Source of the DNA: Campylobacterales bacterium
Lineage (GTDB): Bacteria; Campylobacterota; Campylobacteria; Campylobacterales; QNZT01
Assembly: GCA_024278835.1 (NCBI GenBank)
Contig: JAJRSK010000042.1
Coordinates: 30 to 64,029, forward strand
Direction: 5' to 3'
DNA length: 64,000 nucleotides
In this document: one piece after another, positions 8,650 to 17,953 of the stretch
How the letters are laid out: every line of letters begins with the position of its first letter
How positions within the stretch are numbered: the stretch's first letter is position 1
Made by a program: the position numbers and the translations under genes
Notes under the pieces: generated by a model
Databases searched by the model: none
What the model was told of the DNA's origin: nothing
What the model saw: the letters and a program-made list of their open reading frames with translations, nothing else

Positions 8650-9809
8650 GAAAGTTAGCACTTCTTGCGCTTGCGCCACTTATCATGATAGCAGGGGAGT
8701 TGGAGTTTAAAGGCAATATCGGGCTTGAAGCACAGTACCTCAAGCACGACATCGCCAACAAACGCGATAATGCCTTGGCTTTGAGAGTAGAAGTAGAAGT
8801 GAAAAAAGAGGTCGGTGATGGGGTCTTTGTCATGAAGATGAAAAGAATCATGGATAAAGATGACCATGAACGACGCTATATGGACTTTTCCGATCTCTAT
8901 TATCAGTATAATTTTGAAAACGCTGATATCTTGATAGGACGAAATACAAGATTTTGGGGAGCATTGGAGTTTTATAATCTTACAGATGTTTTTAACACCA
9001 AAGACTTTTTGGATGACCCATTTGATTATGATTCTAAGCTAGGGGCTTGGAATGTCGCCTATACACACTATCTTAGGAGTGGTGAAGTCTCACTCATCGT
9101 GAAGCTTCATGAAGAGAGACAAAAGGTGCAAGATAGAGAGTCGGTCAATAACTTTTTCCCGCTTCCTTATCATGATAAGGTACGTACACAAAAAGATGAA
9201 AATCGTCCGACACTCTACTTGAAGTATAGTGGTTCTGGAGAAGAGGTACAGGTGGATTATGGCGTGGTATATCAAAATGGTTATGACGCTAAACGCTACA
9301 TCACAATGCGTAATGGTACTTTAGAGCAAAATGCTTTTGTTGTTAATAAATTGATGGGATATGTCACCTATATCCATGGTGATACGATTTATAAAACAGA
9401 AGCAACTTATGCTTTGAGTGATGAGGATAAGGTAGCAGACTATGGTGAAATCGGTGTGGGTTTAGAACATACGCTCTATGCTTTTTGGGAAAAGAGGGAC
9501 TTGGGACTTTTGATAGAGTACTATCGTTATGAGGCTTCAGATGATAAGAAAGTGAATTTAAATAGTTTTTTTGCAGATGATTTGACGCTGGGATTTAGAC
9601 TCTCGATGAATGATTTGTCAAGTTCCCAAGTGCTAGGGGGACTTGATATCGACTTGGACAGCAACGAGAAAATCTTTTTTGTAGAGTATGAAACACGGGT
9701 GATGGAAGAGTATAAACTCAAAACTTCTTATACCCATTTGGCACCTGAGGATGCGTCAATATTTAAAGAGTTAGACAAGGTAAAACTTGAGTTTGGTTAC
9801 TATTTTTGA
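8646..9809 (+). CDS. Outer-membrane beta-barrel-like protein (distant DUF1302-like paralogue of 178..1500)
   Basis: Signal peptide MRKLALLALAPLIMIAG. ILIGRNTRFWGALEFYNLTDVFN parallels the GxxVVWG...TDVIN block of ORF 178..1500. C-terminus ...LEFGYYF. ATGA overlap with the upstream gene. Confidence 0.45.
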   Translation: MRKLALLALAPLIMIAGELEFKGNIGLEAQYLKHDIANKRDNALALRVEVEVKKEVGDGVFVMKMKRIMDKDDHERRYMDFSDLYYQYNFENADILIGRNTRFWGALEFYNLTDVFNTKDFLDDPFDYDSKLGAWNVAYTHYLRSGEVSLIVKLHEERQKVQDRESVNNFFPLPYHDKVRTQKDENRPTLYLKYSGSGEEVQVDYGVVYQNGYDAKRYITMRNGTLEQNAFVVNKLMGYVTYIHGDTIYKTEATYALSDEDKVADYGEIGVGLEHTLYAFWEKRDLGLLIEYYRYEASDDKKVNLNSFFADDLTLGFRLSMNDLSSSQVLGGLDIDLDSNEKIFFVEYETRVMEEYKLKTSYTHLAPEDASIFKELDKVKLEFGYYF

Positions 9810-9907
9810 TACGGGTAAAGAGCAAAGCTCCTTACTCTACGCTAACACTGAGTTTCACTCGGCGTGATGCCCGCGCGCAGATAAACCGCGCTTAAACAAA
9901 AAGGAAA

Positions 9908-12187
9908 ATGATGACAAAGTATATAAATTTTTTAGACAAGTTCAAGTGGATTATTGCCATTGGTGTTCCACTATTGGTGCTGGCTTTGGCTTCCAATCTC
10001 AAACACTTAGAGATGGATGGCTCTTATCGTATATGGTTTGGAGAAGAGTCAAAAACGCTTACAGATTATGATGACTTTCGTCGTACTTTTGGTAATGATG
10101 ATGCCTTGATTATCTCCTTTAAAGATGAGAATGGGATTTTTAACAAAAAGGCACTCCAATCCATAGATAACATCACTCAAAAACTTTGGCGTACGAAGTA
10201 CGTCGCTCGGGTGGATTCTATCACCAATTATCAGTATGTACACGCCAATCCAGAAGAACCTGATGATGTCATCGTAGAGGATTTTATTCAAGATATTGAT
10301 AGTAGGGATGCGGTGTATTTTTCGGATAGGGAAGAGATAGCGGTCAATGATTCGTTGATTGTAGATGGCTTTATCTCACGCGATGGAAAAACTACGATGA
10401 TTTCAGCGCGGCTGACACCTAAAGTCAATGATGATAGTGATAAAAGTGGTGAAATCATGAAGCTAGTTGAAGAGATATTAGCACCCGAAATTGTACGCAC
10501 AGGGTACAAATATCATCTCAATGGTGGTCCACCACTCAATCAAGCTTTTGTCCAGATAGGAACAAGTGACGCGACGACCTTTACACCACTAGTTTTGATA
10601 GCATCGATGTTGCTATTGTTCTTACTCTTTCGTCGTGTTTCAGGGGCACTTATCCCTATCGCCGTAGTGATTTTCACCTTTATGACGGTACTTGCTGTGC
10701 AGGTATTACTCGGGTATAAACTCAATAACTTTACGGCAAATCTCCCCGTTTTTGTCGTGGCGATTGGGATAGCAGATGCGGTGCATATCTATATCATTTG
10801 GTTGATGTATAAGAGAGAGGGACAGGTAAACAAAGAAGCCGTACTTCATAGTGTGCAGAAAAATATCTTGCCTGTTTTTCTCACTTCACTCACCACCGCG
10901 ATAGGGTTTGCGACGCTTACTATTTCTAAAGTTATTCCTGTTTTCACCTTGGGGATTGCGACAGCCAGTGGAGCAGTACTTGCATTTTTAATTTCTCTTT
11001 TGTGGATGCCGGCGGTATTACTATTACTTAAAAAAGATGTGAAATCAGAAGTGGTAGAAAAAGTGACCAATAAAAAACCATTGGGTTATGGTGCGTTTAT
11101 CGTCAGAAACAATAAAAAGATTATCATGATAACCACACTACTTTTTCTCATCCTAGGTGCTGGGCTTTTTAAAGTTAAAGTCGATAGCAATACCATTCGT
11201 TATTTTGATAAGAGTGTTGATATCCGAAAATCAACAGAATTTATCATGGAAAACCTGACGGGTCCCATGGCATATGAAATTGTTGTGGATGCTGGTAAAA
11301 AAGACGGTATCAAAGCCCCTGAATTTATGAAAACTGTGGAAAAGTTTTGTAAAGAGTACCAAGCACACTTTCCTGATGTGAGACATATGAGTTCGCTTGT
11401 CGATACGGTCAAACGATTTAACAAAGTACTAGACAACAAAGAGGAGGTGCCAGATAGTCAAGAGATGATAGCACAGTATCTGTTACTCTATTCACTCTCA
11501 TTGCCACAAGGGATGGAAATCAATGACAAGATGGATATCAATGAGCAAAAACTGCGTGTTACGGCACAAGTCAATATCGTGGATACCTCGGTCGATCTGG
11601 AACAGATTCGTTATGTCGAAGCATGGTGGAATAACACGCCTTTTTCTGCCTCTGTACAAGGGCAGACTGCGATGTTTGCTTATATGCAGAGTGATGTGAC
11701 GGATACACTTATCTATTCTCTTTCTTTGGCGATATTTTTAGTGTCGATGATTATGTTATTTATCTTTAAGCGAGTCAAGTTACTTTGGGTTTTTATCTTG
11801 CCAAATATCTTACCTGTGATGCTTGTGGTAGGTTTGATGGGGTGGATTGGTATCAATATAGATATCGGTGTTGCCATTGCTGGAGCTATCATCATCGGGG
11901 TTGCAGTGGATGATACGATTCACTTTTTGGTGAAGTATTTTGACGCACGAAAAAGAGGGCTTGATTTGGCTGAGAGTTTTGATGAAGTACTGAGATATGC
12001 AGGGAAGGCGATACTTTTTACAACGATTATACTGAGTCTTTCGTTTTCACTTTTTGCTTTTAGTACTTTTACGCCAAATCAAAACTTTGGTATCGTAACG
12101 GCATCAGCACTTGTTATAGCCTTTATTGTGGATATCTTGTTGCTTCCTGCTTTGTTATCGTTGACGGACAAGGCAAAAAGGGGTTAA
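9908..12187 (+). CDS. RND-superfamily exporter (COG1033 / MMPL-HpnN-like)
   Basis: 759 aa with two 6-TM bundles, each preceded by a large soluble loop. Duplicated AIGIADAVHIY / GVAVDDTIHFL-type motifs. Confidence 0.8.
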   Translation: MMTKYINFLDKFKWIIAIGVPLLVLALASNLKHLEMDGSYRIWFGEESKTLTDYDDFRRTFGNDDALIISFKDENGIFNKKALQSIDNITQKLWRTKYVARVDSITNYQYVHANPEEPDDVIVEDFIQDIDSRDAVYFSDREEIAVNDSLIVDGFISRDGKTTMISARLTPKVNDDSDKSGEIMKLVEEILAPEIVRTGYKYHLNGGPPLNQAFVQIGTSDATTFTPLVLIASMLLLFLLFRRVSGALIPIAVVIFTFMTVLAVQVLLGYKLNNFTANLPVFVVAIGIADAVHIYIIWLMYKREGQVNKEAVLHSVQKNILPVFLTSLTTAIGFATLTISKVIPVFTLGIATASGAVLAFLISLLWMPAVLLLLKKDVKSEVVEKVTNKKPLGYGAFIVRNNKKIIMITTLLFLILGAGLFKVKVDSNTIRYFDKSVDIRKSTEFIMENLTGPMAYEIVVDAGKKDGIKAPEFMKTVEKFCKEYQAHFPDVRHMSSLVDTVKRFNKVLDNKEEVPDSQEMIAQYLLLYSLSLPQGMEINDKMDINEQKLRVTAQVNIVDTSVDLEQIRYVEAWWNNTPFSASVQGQTAMFAYMQSDVTDTLIYSLSLAIFLVSMIMLFIFKRVKLLWVFILPNILPVMLVVGLMGWIGINIDIGVAIAGAIIIGVAVDDTIHFLVKYFDARKRGLDLAESFDEVLRYAGKAILFTTIILSLSFSLFAFSTFTPNQNFGIVTASALVIAFIVDILLLPALLSLTDKAKRG

Positions 12188-12193
12188 ATTGCT

Positions 12194-12222
12194 ACATCAT
12201 CCATTTAAATTTCGGATGATGT
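12194..12222. terminator. Hairpin after the RND gene
   Basis: ACATCATCC (12194-12202) and GGATGATGT (12214-12222) form a perfect 9-bp stem with an 11-nt loop, 7 nt after the stop. There is no clear U-tract. Confidence 0.35.
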
Positions 12223-12288
12223 GATAAAAATACAGATTTAATACACATTGAGCCGATACTATTATGGTATATCAATATAGGTGGTTGT

Positions 12289-14082
12289 ATGATAGTAGAA
12301 TCTTTTGCGCAAAAAGTTAAATCAGATGCAGAATTAACCCAAGCTTTTATGCGTATCATGATAGCTTCTTCTATCATGATAGTGCTCTTTTTTGCACAAT
12401 TTTTTTATACGAACTTTTTTCCAAATATACTCATTGCATCAATTCTCTATACAGTTTTTAGTATTTTGTGGTTTATTGTAGTCTATAAAAATAGTGGTGA
12501 ATACCCCGTTAGACGCGTATTAGGGATACTTTCTGATCTTGGTATCCTCTCTTATGGTATCGACAATTCAAATATTGTCGCCGCAAGTCTCTATCCTCTC
12601 ATACTTTGGGTAATTATTGCCAATGGATATCGCTATGGGGTAAAATATCTTTATATCGCACTAGCCATAGCGGTCGTTTTATTTCAATTTTCAACACATA
12701 ATAATCCTTATTGGGATGGATACCAAGAGTTAATCGCCATGATGACGGTAGGATTGATTGGGTTGCCACTTCTTTTTTCACTACTGTTAAATAAAGTGAG
12801 CAGTTTAAATGAGGCACTTGTCCTTAAAACAGATGATCTTGAACAACGACTCTATCATGATAGTATGACACAACTGCCCAATAGAGAAGCATTGAACAAA
12901 GAGATAGAAAAAGATGATTTTTATGCTTTGACGCTGATAGATATCAATAACTTTGGTCATTTCAACGACTTATATGGGATGAAGGTTGGCAATGAAATCC
13001 TTATAAATTTAGCAAAGTTTTTAACAAAACTTGCCTATAAACATGGGCTTATTGTCTATAGACTTAGTGGAGATAGTTTTGTGCTTCTACAAAAAGATGA
13101 CATTTCTGCTAAAGAGTTTGAAAAGAAGATTTACATCATTGTAGAAGCGTTGGATGCATGCAAAATGTCTATTACCTCACTTAAGTTAAAAATCAAAGTG
13201 AACTTTACAGTTGTCACAGTATATGTCCAAGATAAAGTCCTTGAAAAAGCCAACATGACCTTGTATTTTGCAAGAAAAAGAGGTGAAAGATACTGGGTCT
13301 ATGATGAGAGTATCAATAGGCAAGATGAAGTGGAAAATATCTTGTTTTGGGAAAAAGAGATACATAATGCTATCTTAGAAGATAGAATTGTTCCCGTTTT
13401 TCATCCTATTATTGATGTTGAGGGTAAGATTGTTAAATATGAAGTGTTAATGCGGATGAAAATAAAAGAAGCAGGGAGAGTGAAGCTCTATTCGCCTATC
13501 GAATTTTTAGAGATAGCAGTTAAAACCAATCAATATGAAAAACTGACCACTATCATGATAGAAAAGAGTTTTGAGGCTATGGCAGGAAAAGAGTGTGATT
13601 TTAGTGTAAATTTAACATTTTCCAATATTCAAAATAAAAATATGGTGATGTTTTTAAAATCTAAAATCGATGAGTATCACTTAGGAGATAGGCTTATACT
13701 CGAGATAGTAGAGAGTGAAGATATCTATAATTTTGAGATAGTAAAGACTTTTGTAGCTTATTTACGCTTACTAGGTGTGCGTTTTGCGATAGATGACTTT
13801 GGTACGGGCTATTCCAATTATATGCATGTTTTTGAAGTGATGCCAGAGTTTATAAAACTAGATGGGTCTTTGATACAAAGTATAAATAAAGATGAAAATG
13901 CTTATAAGTTTGTGGGTTCTATCGTACTTTTAGCAAAAAATCTAGGGATTAAAACTATCGCAGAGTTTGTGCACAATGAAGAGATATTTGAAATCACAAA
14001 AACACTTGGTGTAGATGAATTTCAAGGTTCTTTCTTTTCTAAGCCACTGACTCGAAAACAGTTAGAAGAGAAGCAAATATGA
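12289..14082 (+). CDS. Membrane-anchored GGDEF-EAL protein (degenerate GGDEF, probably active EAL phosphodiesterase)
   Basis: N-terminal ~170 aa is polytopic. The GGDEF position reads SGDSF. EAL-domain motifs EVLMR, EIVESE, DDFGTGYS, KLDGSLI and QGSFFSKP are present. Confidence 0.8.
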   Translation: MIVESFAQKVKSDAELTQAFMRIMIASSIMIVLFFAQFFYTNFFPNILIASILYTVFSILWFIVVYKNSGEYPVRRVLGILSDLGILSYGIDNSNIVAASLYPLILWVIIANGYRYGVKYLYIALAIAVVLFQFSTHNNPYWDGYQELIAMMTVGLIGLPLLFSLLLNKVSSLNEALVLKTDDLEQRLYHDSMTQLPNREALNKEIEKDDFYALTLIDINNFGHFNDLYGMKVGNEILINLAKFLTKLAYKHGLIVYRLSGDSFVLLQKDDISAKEFEKKIYIIVEALDACKMSITSLKLKIKVNFTVVTVYVQDKVLEKANMTLYFARKRGERYWVYDESINRQDEVENILFWEKEIHNAILEDRIVPVFHPIIDVEGKIVKYEVLMRMKIKEAGRVKLYSPIEFLEIAVKTNQYEKLTTIMIEKSFEAMAGKECDFSVNLTFSNIQNKNMVMFLKSKIDEYHLGDRLILEIVESEDIYNFEIVKTFVAYLRLLGVRFAIDDFGTGYSNYMHVFEVMPEFIKLDGSLIQSINKDENAYKFVGSIVLLAKNLGIKTIAEFVHNEEIFEITKTLGVDEFQGSFFSKPLTRKQLEEKQI

Positions 14083-14120
14083 TTTTTAGGTATACTTATT
14101 AAAATATTTTAGGAGTAAAG

Positions 14121-14633
14121 ATGAAAAAAATTCTAGTGATGATATCGTTTTTGATGTCAACCCTTTGGGCAGTCAATATAGGTGAAACACCCAAAAGTGT
14201 TATAATAGAAGGTGACAATGGCGGACTTATTTCTGGAAGTGCTTGGAATTCTTCTATGCTTAAAGATAAAGTACATGTACTTTTTTATGTAGATCCAGAT
14301 GAAAAAGATACGAATGAAGCATTTGCAGATGCCCTGAAAGCTTCAAATCCTGATAGGAGTAAGTTTGCATCAGTGGCAATTGTCAATTTAGCTGCCACTT
14401 GGAAGCCAAATATCATTATTGAAGCACTTTTAAAGTCTAAACAGAAAAAATTTCCACATACAATTTATGTAAAAGATAAGAAGAAGGTTTTGGTAAAAGA
14501 GTGGGGACTTGAAGATGATAATTCAGATATTCTTGTGTTTGATAAAAGTGGTAAGGTTCTATATAGCAAGGCAGGAAAACTTGATAAGAATGAGATAGAT
14601 AAGGTACTTAGCTTGATAAAAGGGAATCTATAA
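14121..14633 (+). CDS. YtfJ-family periplasmic protein
   Basis: Signal peptide MKKILVMISFLMSTLWA. Length and the LFYVDPDEKDTNEAF...IVNLAATW pattern recall YtfJ/HI0045. From memory. Confidence 0.5.
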   Translation: MKKILVMISFLMSTLWAVNIGETPKSVIIEGDNGGLISGSAWNSSMLKDKVHVLFYVDPDEKDTNEAFADALKASNPDRSKFASVAIVNLAATWKPNIIIEALLKSKQKKFPHTIYVKDKKKVLVKEWGLEDDNSDILVFDKSGKVLYSKAGKLDKNEIDKVLSLIKGNL

Positions 14634-14639
14634 CCCTAT

Positions 14640-14981
14640 ATGAGTACGATACTTTTAATGCTTCTACTCCCCATAGGAGCATTGTTTTACCAGAATGAGC
14701 TTAAAAATAGAGGAAAATATCAGGCGATATTTGATGACTATATCCAAAAGGTAGATGCAAGCAGTGATTTGAGTGATGCAGAAAAACTAGCACAAGTGAG
14801 AAAGCTTTTTATCGCAAATCGCTATGAAGTGAACACGATAAGTGACAAGGAAATAGTTGGAGAGAGGAAGATTTTGAGTATGGGGCTTTTGATGATGGGG
14901 CTTTTTGTCTATGTCTTCTACTTCTTCTTTTTTCAAAAACCGCACAAAATTGTCTATAGTATAAAACCCCAAAGAAAATAA
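14640..14981 (+). CDS. Small membrane protein, unknown function
   Basis: 113-aa ORF with N- and C-terminal hydrophobic segments, 6 nt after the preceding gene. Confidence 0.35.
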   Translation: MSTILLMLLLPIGALFYQNELKNRGKYQAIFDDYIQKVDASSDLSDAEKLAQVRKLFIANRYEVNTISDKEIVGERKILSMGLLMMGLFVYVFYFFFFQKPHKIVYSIKPQRK

Positions 14982-15042
14982 GGCGATAAATACGCATTAT
15001 TGCCCGACTTTCTTTGGATTTATGGATGGGTCAGTTTTAGAA

Positions 15043-15327
15043 TTATCTAAAAGAACCCATACCAAATTTTGCAGCATCTTGACCTGCTTTTGCTCCAGCA
15101 TTAGCGGCATCTTGCCCCGCTCTTGCACCTGAGTTTGCAGCATCTTGACCTGCTTTTGCCCCAGCATTAGCGGCATCATTCCCAGCTTGTGCACCAGCGT
15201 TTGCAGCATCTTGACCTGCTGTTGCACCTACATTTGTACTGTGTGAACCCATATCCATAAATCCACCTGCTGATACAACTGTTGCAGCGCCTAAAAGTAA
15301 TGTTGCGATTGAAAGTCTTAATTTCAT
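15043..15327 (-). CDS. Small secreted Ala/Gly/Asp/Gln-rich protein built from 11-residue repeats
   Basis: RBS AAGGAG 5 nt before the ATG. Signal peptide MKLRLSIATLLLGAATVVSA. Five tandem units AGQDAANAGA(K/Q/R). Confidence 0.6.
   Translation of the reverse strand: MKLRLSIATLLLGAATVVSAGGFMDMGSHSTNVGATAGQDAANAGAQAGNDAANAGAKAGQDAANSGARAGQDAANAGAKAGQDAAKFGMGSFR
15071..15228 (-). repeat. 66-bp tandem repeat (2 x 33-bp sub-units), about 2.4 copies, coding
   Basis: gcagcatcttgacctgc recurs at 15071, 15137 and 15203, and the intervening sequence is nearly identical. Confidence 0.8.
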
Positions 15328-15362
15328 CTCGTCTCCTTAGTTTTAAATTTGTTTACATCGAA

Positions 15363-15416
15363 AGTATAGTACAAGTGTGTTACCAAACTGCAAGGGAAGT
15401 GTTAGTGGAGTGTTAG
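15363..15416 (-). promoter_or_regulatory. Promoter of the repeat-protein gene with phased CTAACAC boxes
   Basis: The minus strand reads CTAACACTCCA CTAACACTTCC CTTGCAGTTTG GTAACACACTT gtac TATACT. The units are 11 bp. The -10 is at 15368-15363, 36 nt before the ATG. Confidence 0.5.
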
Positions 15417-15477
15417 TGTTGCTGAAGTAGTTCTAGGTATAATAAAATATGTATATAATTATAGTTAGGAGTAATAT

Positions 15478-16122
15478 ATGTCAACTGCAACAATTTTGTT
15501 ATTGGAAGATGATGCACTACTACAGGCAACTATTCGTGAGATTTTAGAAGCTGCTGATTATGAAGTGGATGTAGCTAATGACGGCGAAGAGGCAGCAAAT
15601 CTTTGTTTTGACAATCATTACCAACTCTATATATTTGATATCAATGTACCAAAGATTAATGGTATTAACCTTTTGGAAGATTTAAGATGCGCAGGAGATG
15701 AAACACCTACCATATATATGACGGCGTTGGTTGATTTGGACTCCATTACCAAAGCATTTGATGCAGGTGCTGAAGATTATCTTAAAAAACCTTTTTATCC
15801 TCAAGAGTTACTTTTAAGGGTTAATGGTAGGTTAAAAAGTGCTCCAACCAATGCGATTATATATAAAACTATTGAGTATTATCCCTTGACAAAGGAGATT
15901 TTTAAAGAGGGGAAAATCATCTCTCTTGGTAGTGTACAAATTAAGATTTTTGATATGTTGATGCAAAATATAGGTAAATTAACACATAAAGAGACATTGA
16001 TTGATTTACTTGAACATCCCTCTGATACAGCACTTAGAGTTGCTATGACAAAACTAAAGCAAAAACTTGAGGTAGAGATAACAAATGTAAGAGGTTTGGG
16101 TTATATTCTTGAAAAAATATGA
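15478..16122 (+). CDS. OmpR/PhoB-family response regulator
   Basis: Receiver domain (ILLLEDD...IFDINVPKINGI...K) plus a winged-helix C-terminus (...VRGLGYILEKI). Confidence 0.85.
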   Translation: MSTATILLLEDDALLQATIREILEAADYEVDVANDGEEAANLCFDNHYQLYIFDINVPKINGINLLEDLRCAGDETPTIYMTALVDLDSITKAFDAGAEDYLKKPFYPQELLLRVNGRLKSAPTNAIIYKTIEYYPLTKEIFKEGKIISLGSVQIKIFDMLMQNIGKLTHKETLIDLLEHPSDTALRVAMTKLKQKLEVEITNVRGLGYILEKI

Positions 16123-17164
16123 AATTGAATCATTTTCAAAAAGTTTTTTACTTTTTTTTACTTCATTAGGACTTTTTTTGGTGCTTATCTCTTACCAAGA
16201 CTATAGGCAGATTATGGGTGATTTTGACCAAAATATATTTACACAGATGCGCCTTTGTAGTTTTGATTTAGAGTGCCCAGATTTTCAGATAGATTTTAAA
16301 GAAAAAGGAGATCAGAAACCACTCTTGCTCTATAAGTTAGATAATGGCATAGAAGCATATTTTGTTGTGCCAAGTTCAAAGGACTATTTTTTAACCATGA
16401 GATATGAAGGGGAAAAATATAAACTTGCAAAACAAGCTGTTATGAATGGAAGTATTGGAAAGTTTGTTTTTTATCTTTTATTGATTGCTTTGATATCTGT
16501 ACTTTTTTCATTGTATGCACTCTCTCCGATGAAAAGAGCTATTGTTCTGATAGAGGAGTTTATAAAAGATATCTTACATGATTTTAATACACCTATGTCC
16601 TCTATCATACTTAATAGTGCTCTTTTAGAGAGTGATGATAAAAATAGACAGAATATATTTAGAATCCAACAAAGTGCTCAACAAATCTTGAGGTTAGAAG
16701 AAAATTTAAAGTCTTATTTAGGAGAACTTCAAACACAAAAAGAGATTTTTGATTTAGTAGAGATGCTTAGGCAAGAGCAGAAATGTTTACAAAAAGTTTA
16801 TTCAGCGATAAATTGGAAAATAGAAGGTGAAACAATAAAATTATATACAAGTAAGGTAGCATTCTCTAGGATAATATCCAACATTTTGGAAAATGCAGCA
16901 AAATACAATAAGCGAAAGGGAAATATTACCATAAAAATAGACTCAAAAAATAGAAGTATGAAAATCATCGACACAGGTCTAGGGATAGAAAATCCAGAAA
17001 AGATATTTGAACGATTTTATAGTGAGCATGATAGAGGTACGGGTATAGGATTGCATATTGTGAAAAAACTTGCCAAAGAGTTAAATATTTTGATTGAAGT
17101 TGAAAGTAGTATAGGAAAGGGAAGTTCTTTTCAACTCAGTTTAAAAGAACTAACTAACCGCTAA
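16109..17164 (+). CDS. Sensor histidine kinase
   Basis: Two TM segments bracket a ~95-aa periplasmic loop. H-box ILHDFNTPMSS. N box ENAAKYN. G boxes DTGLGI and GTGIGL. TTG start overlaps the regulator gene. Confidence 0.85.
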   Translation: MKKYEIESFSKSFLLFFTSLGLFLVLISYQDYRQIMGDFDQNIFTQMRLCSFDLECPDFQIDFKEKGDQKPLLLYKLDNGIEAYFVVPSSKDYFLTMRYEGEKYKLAKQAVMNGSIGKFVFYLLLIALISVLFSLYALSPMKRAIVLIEEFIKDILHDFNTPMSSIILNSALLESDDKNRQNIFRIQQSAQQILRLEENLKSYLGELQTQKEIFDLVEMLRQEQKCLQKVYSAINWKIEGETIKLYTSKVAFSRIISNILENAAKYNKRKGNITIKIDSKNRSMKIIDTGLGIENPEKIFERFYSEHDRGTGIGLHIVKKLAKELNILIEVESSIGKGSSFQLSLKELTNR

Positions 17165-17172
17165 CGGATATT

Positions 17173-17181
17173 TGTTATAAT
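17173..17181 (+). promoter_or_regulatory. Extended -10 element TGTTATAAT
   Basis: TGnTATAAT lies 29 nt before ATG 17211. Confidence 0.35.
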
Positions 17182-17210
17182 GGGACTGAGAAAAAATATA
17201 AAGAAGAATA

Positions 17211-17951
17211 ATGATAAAACTATCAACAATGACTATATTGCTACTGTTTAGTCAAGCAATTTTGTTGCAGGCAGAGTCAAATAATATAGATATACAAATA
17301 GATAAAATAAAGAATGCACCTGAAGAACAACGGTATATGCTTGTTAATGAACTCAAAAAGCAGATTGCAAAAATGAATGCACTTCAGCAAGCTAGAGCTG
17401 TTTCCCGATATCAAGAAGAGAGTTTAAGAGCACAGCAGAATGCAAATATGGCAAATGAGTTACAGACTATCAATCAAATTAATCAAGAGCAAGAGAGACA
17501 GCTGATCGTGCCAACGATAGATGAACCTATTGTCAAGCATGTACCAGTAAATCCAGAAGAGAATTTTAAATTATATGATGAGTCTAGCTTTAATCCCGTC
17601 CCTGAATATGATTCGTCAAAAGAGTCTGTTCCTGTTGAACCTCTTTATCATGATAACGCAGATAAGGCAAGTGAAAATATACCTAACGGAGAGAATTTTG
17701 ATAAGTACGTTCCCGTAAAACCAAGTTACGAGAAACCTAATAAGTATGTTCCGGAAAAACCAAGTTACGAGAAACCTAGTAAATATGTTCCATCGAAACC
17801 AAGTGAATATACACCAAAACAACAAGAGTACAATGAACCTGAAAAACCTACTTCTAGTCAGACAAGTAGTGATATGTCAAGTAAATCTGATTTGCAAGAA
17901 CCCTCTAAACAAATACCAAGTAAATCTTTTCCATCAAAGGGGAGATTTTAG
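17211..17951 (+). CDS. Secreted Pro/Lys/Glu-rich repeat protein
   Basis: Signal peptide MIKLSTMTILLLFSQAILLQA. Coiled-coil-like N-terminal part. C-terminal half is low-complexity with KYVPxKPSYEKPx repeats. Confidence 0.5.
   Translation: MIKLSTMTILLLFSQAILLQAESNNIDIQIDKIKNAPEEQRYMLVNELKKQIAKMNALQQARAVSRYQEESLRAQQNANMANELQTINQINQEQERQLIVPTIDEPIVKHVPVNPEENFKLYDESSFNPVPEYDSSKESVPVEPLYHDNADKASENIPNGENFDKYVPVKPSYEKPNKYVPEKPSYEKPSKYVPSKPSEYTPKQQEYNEPEKPTSSQTSSDMSSKSDLQEPSKQIPSKSFPSKGRF
17703..17810 (+). repeat. 39-bp (13-codon) tandem repeat, about 2.7 copies, coding
   Basis: The units start at 17703, 17742 and 17781. The unit is aag tay gtt ccn nnn aaa cca agt tac gag aaa cct art. Confidence 0.8.
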
Positions 17952-17953
17952 TG

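Noticed and set aside
9838-9890. Unusually GC-rich spacer (…cggcgtgatgcccgcgcgcagataaaccgcgc…) before the RND gene as a riboswitch or sRNA.
   Set aside because: Only a 5-bp GCGCG/CGCGC stem is visible and no motif was recognised. The evidence is too thin to call. The single CTAACAC nearby is noted under the regulon finding.
14997-15227. Alternative minus-strand ORF (76 aa, Q/K/M-rich) across the 66-bp repeat.
   Set aside because: It has no RBS and no signal peptide. It is the out-of-frame shadow of ORF 15043-15327, which has AAGGAG, a signal peptide and a promoter.
15071-15228. Tandem repeats here, at 17703-17810 and at 43232-43297 as possible CRISPR arrays.
   Set aside because: The units abut directly with no unique spacers. 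Two of the three arrays are in-frame coding repeats. No cas genes are present.
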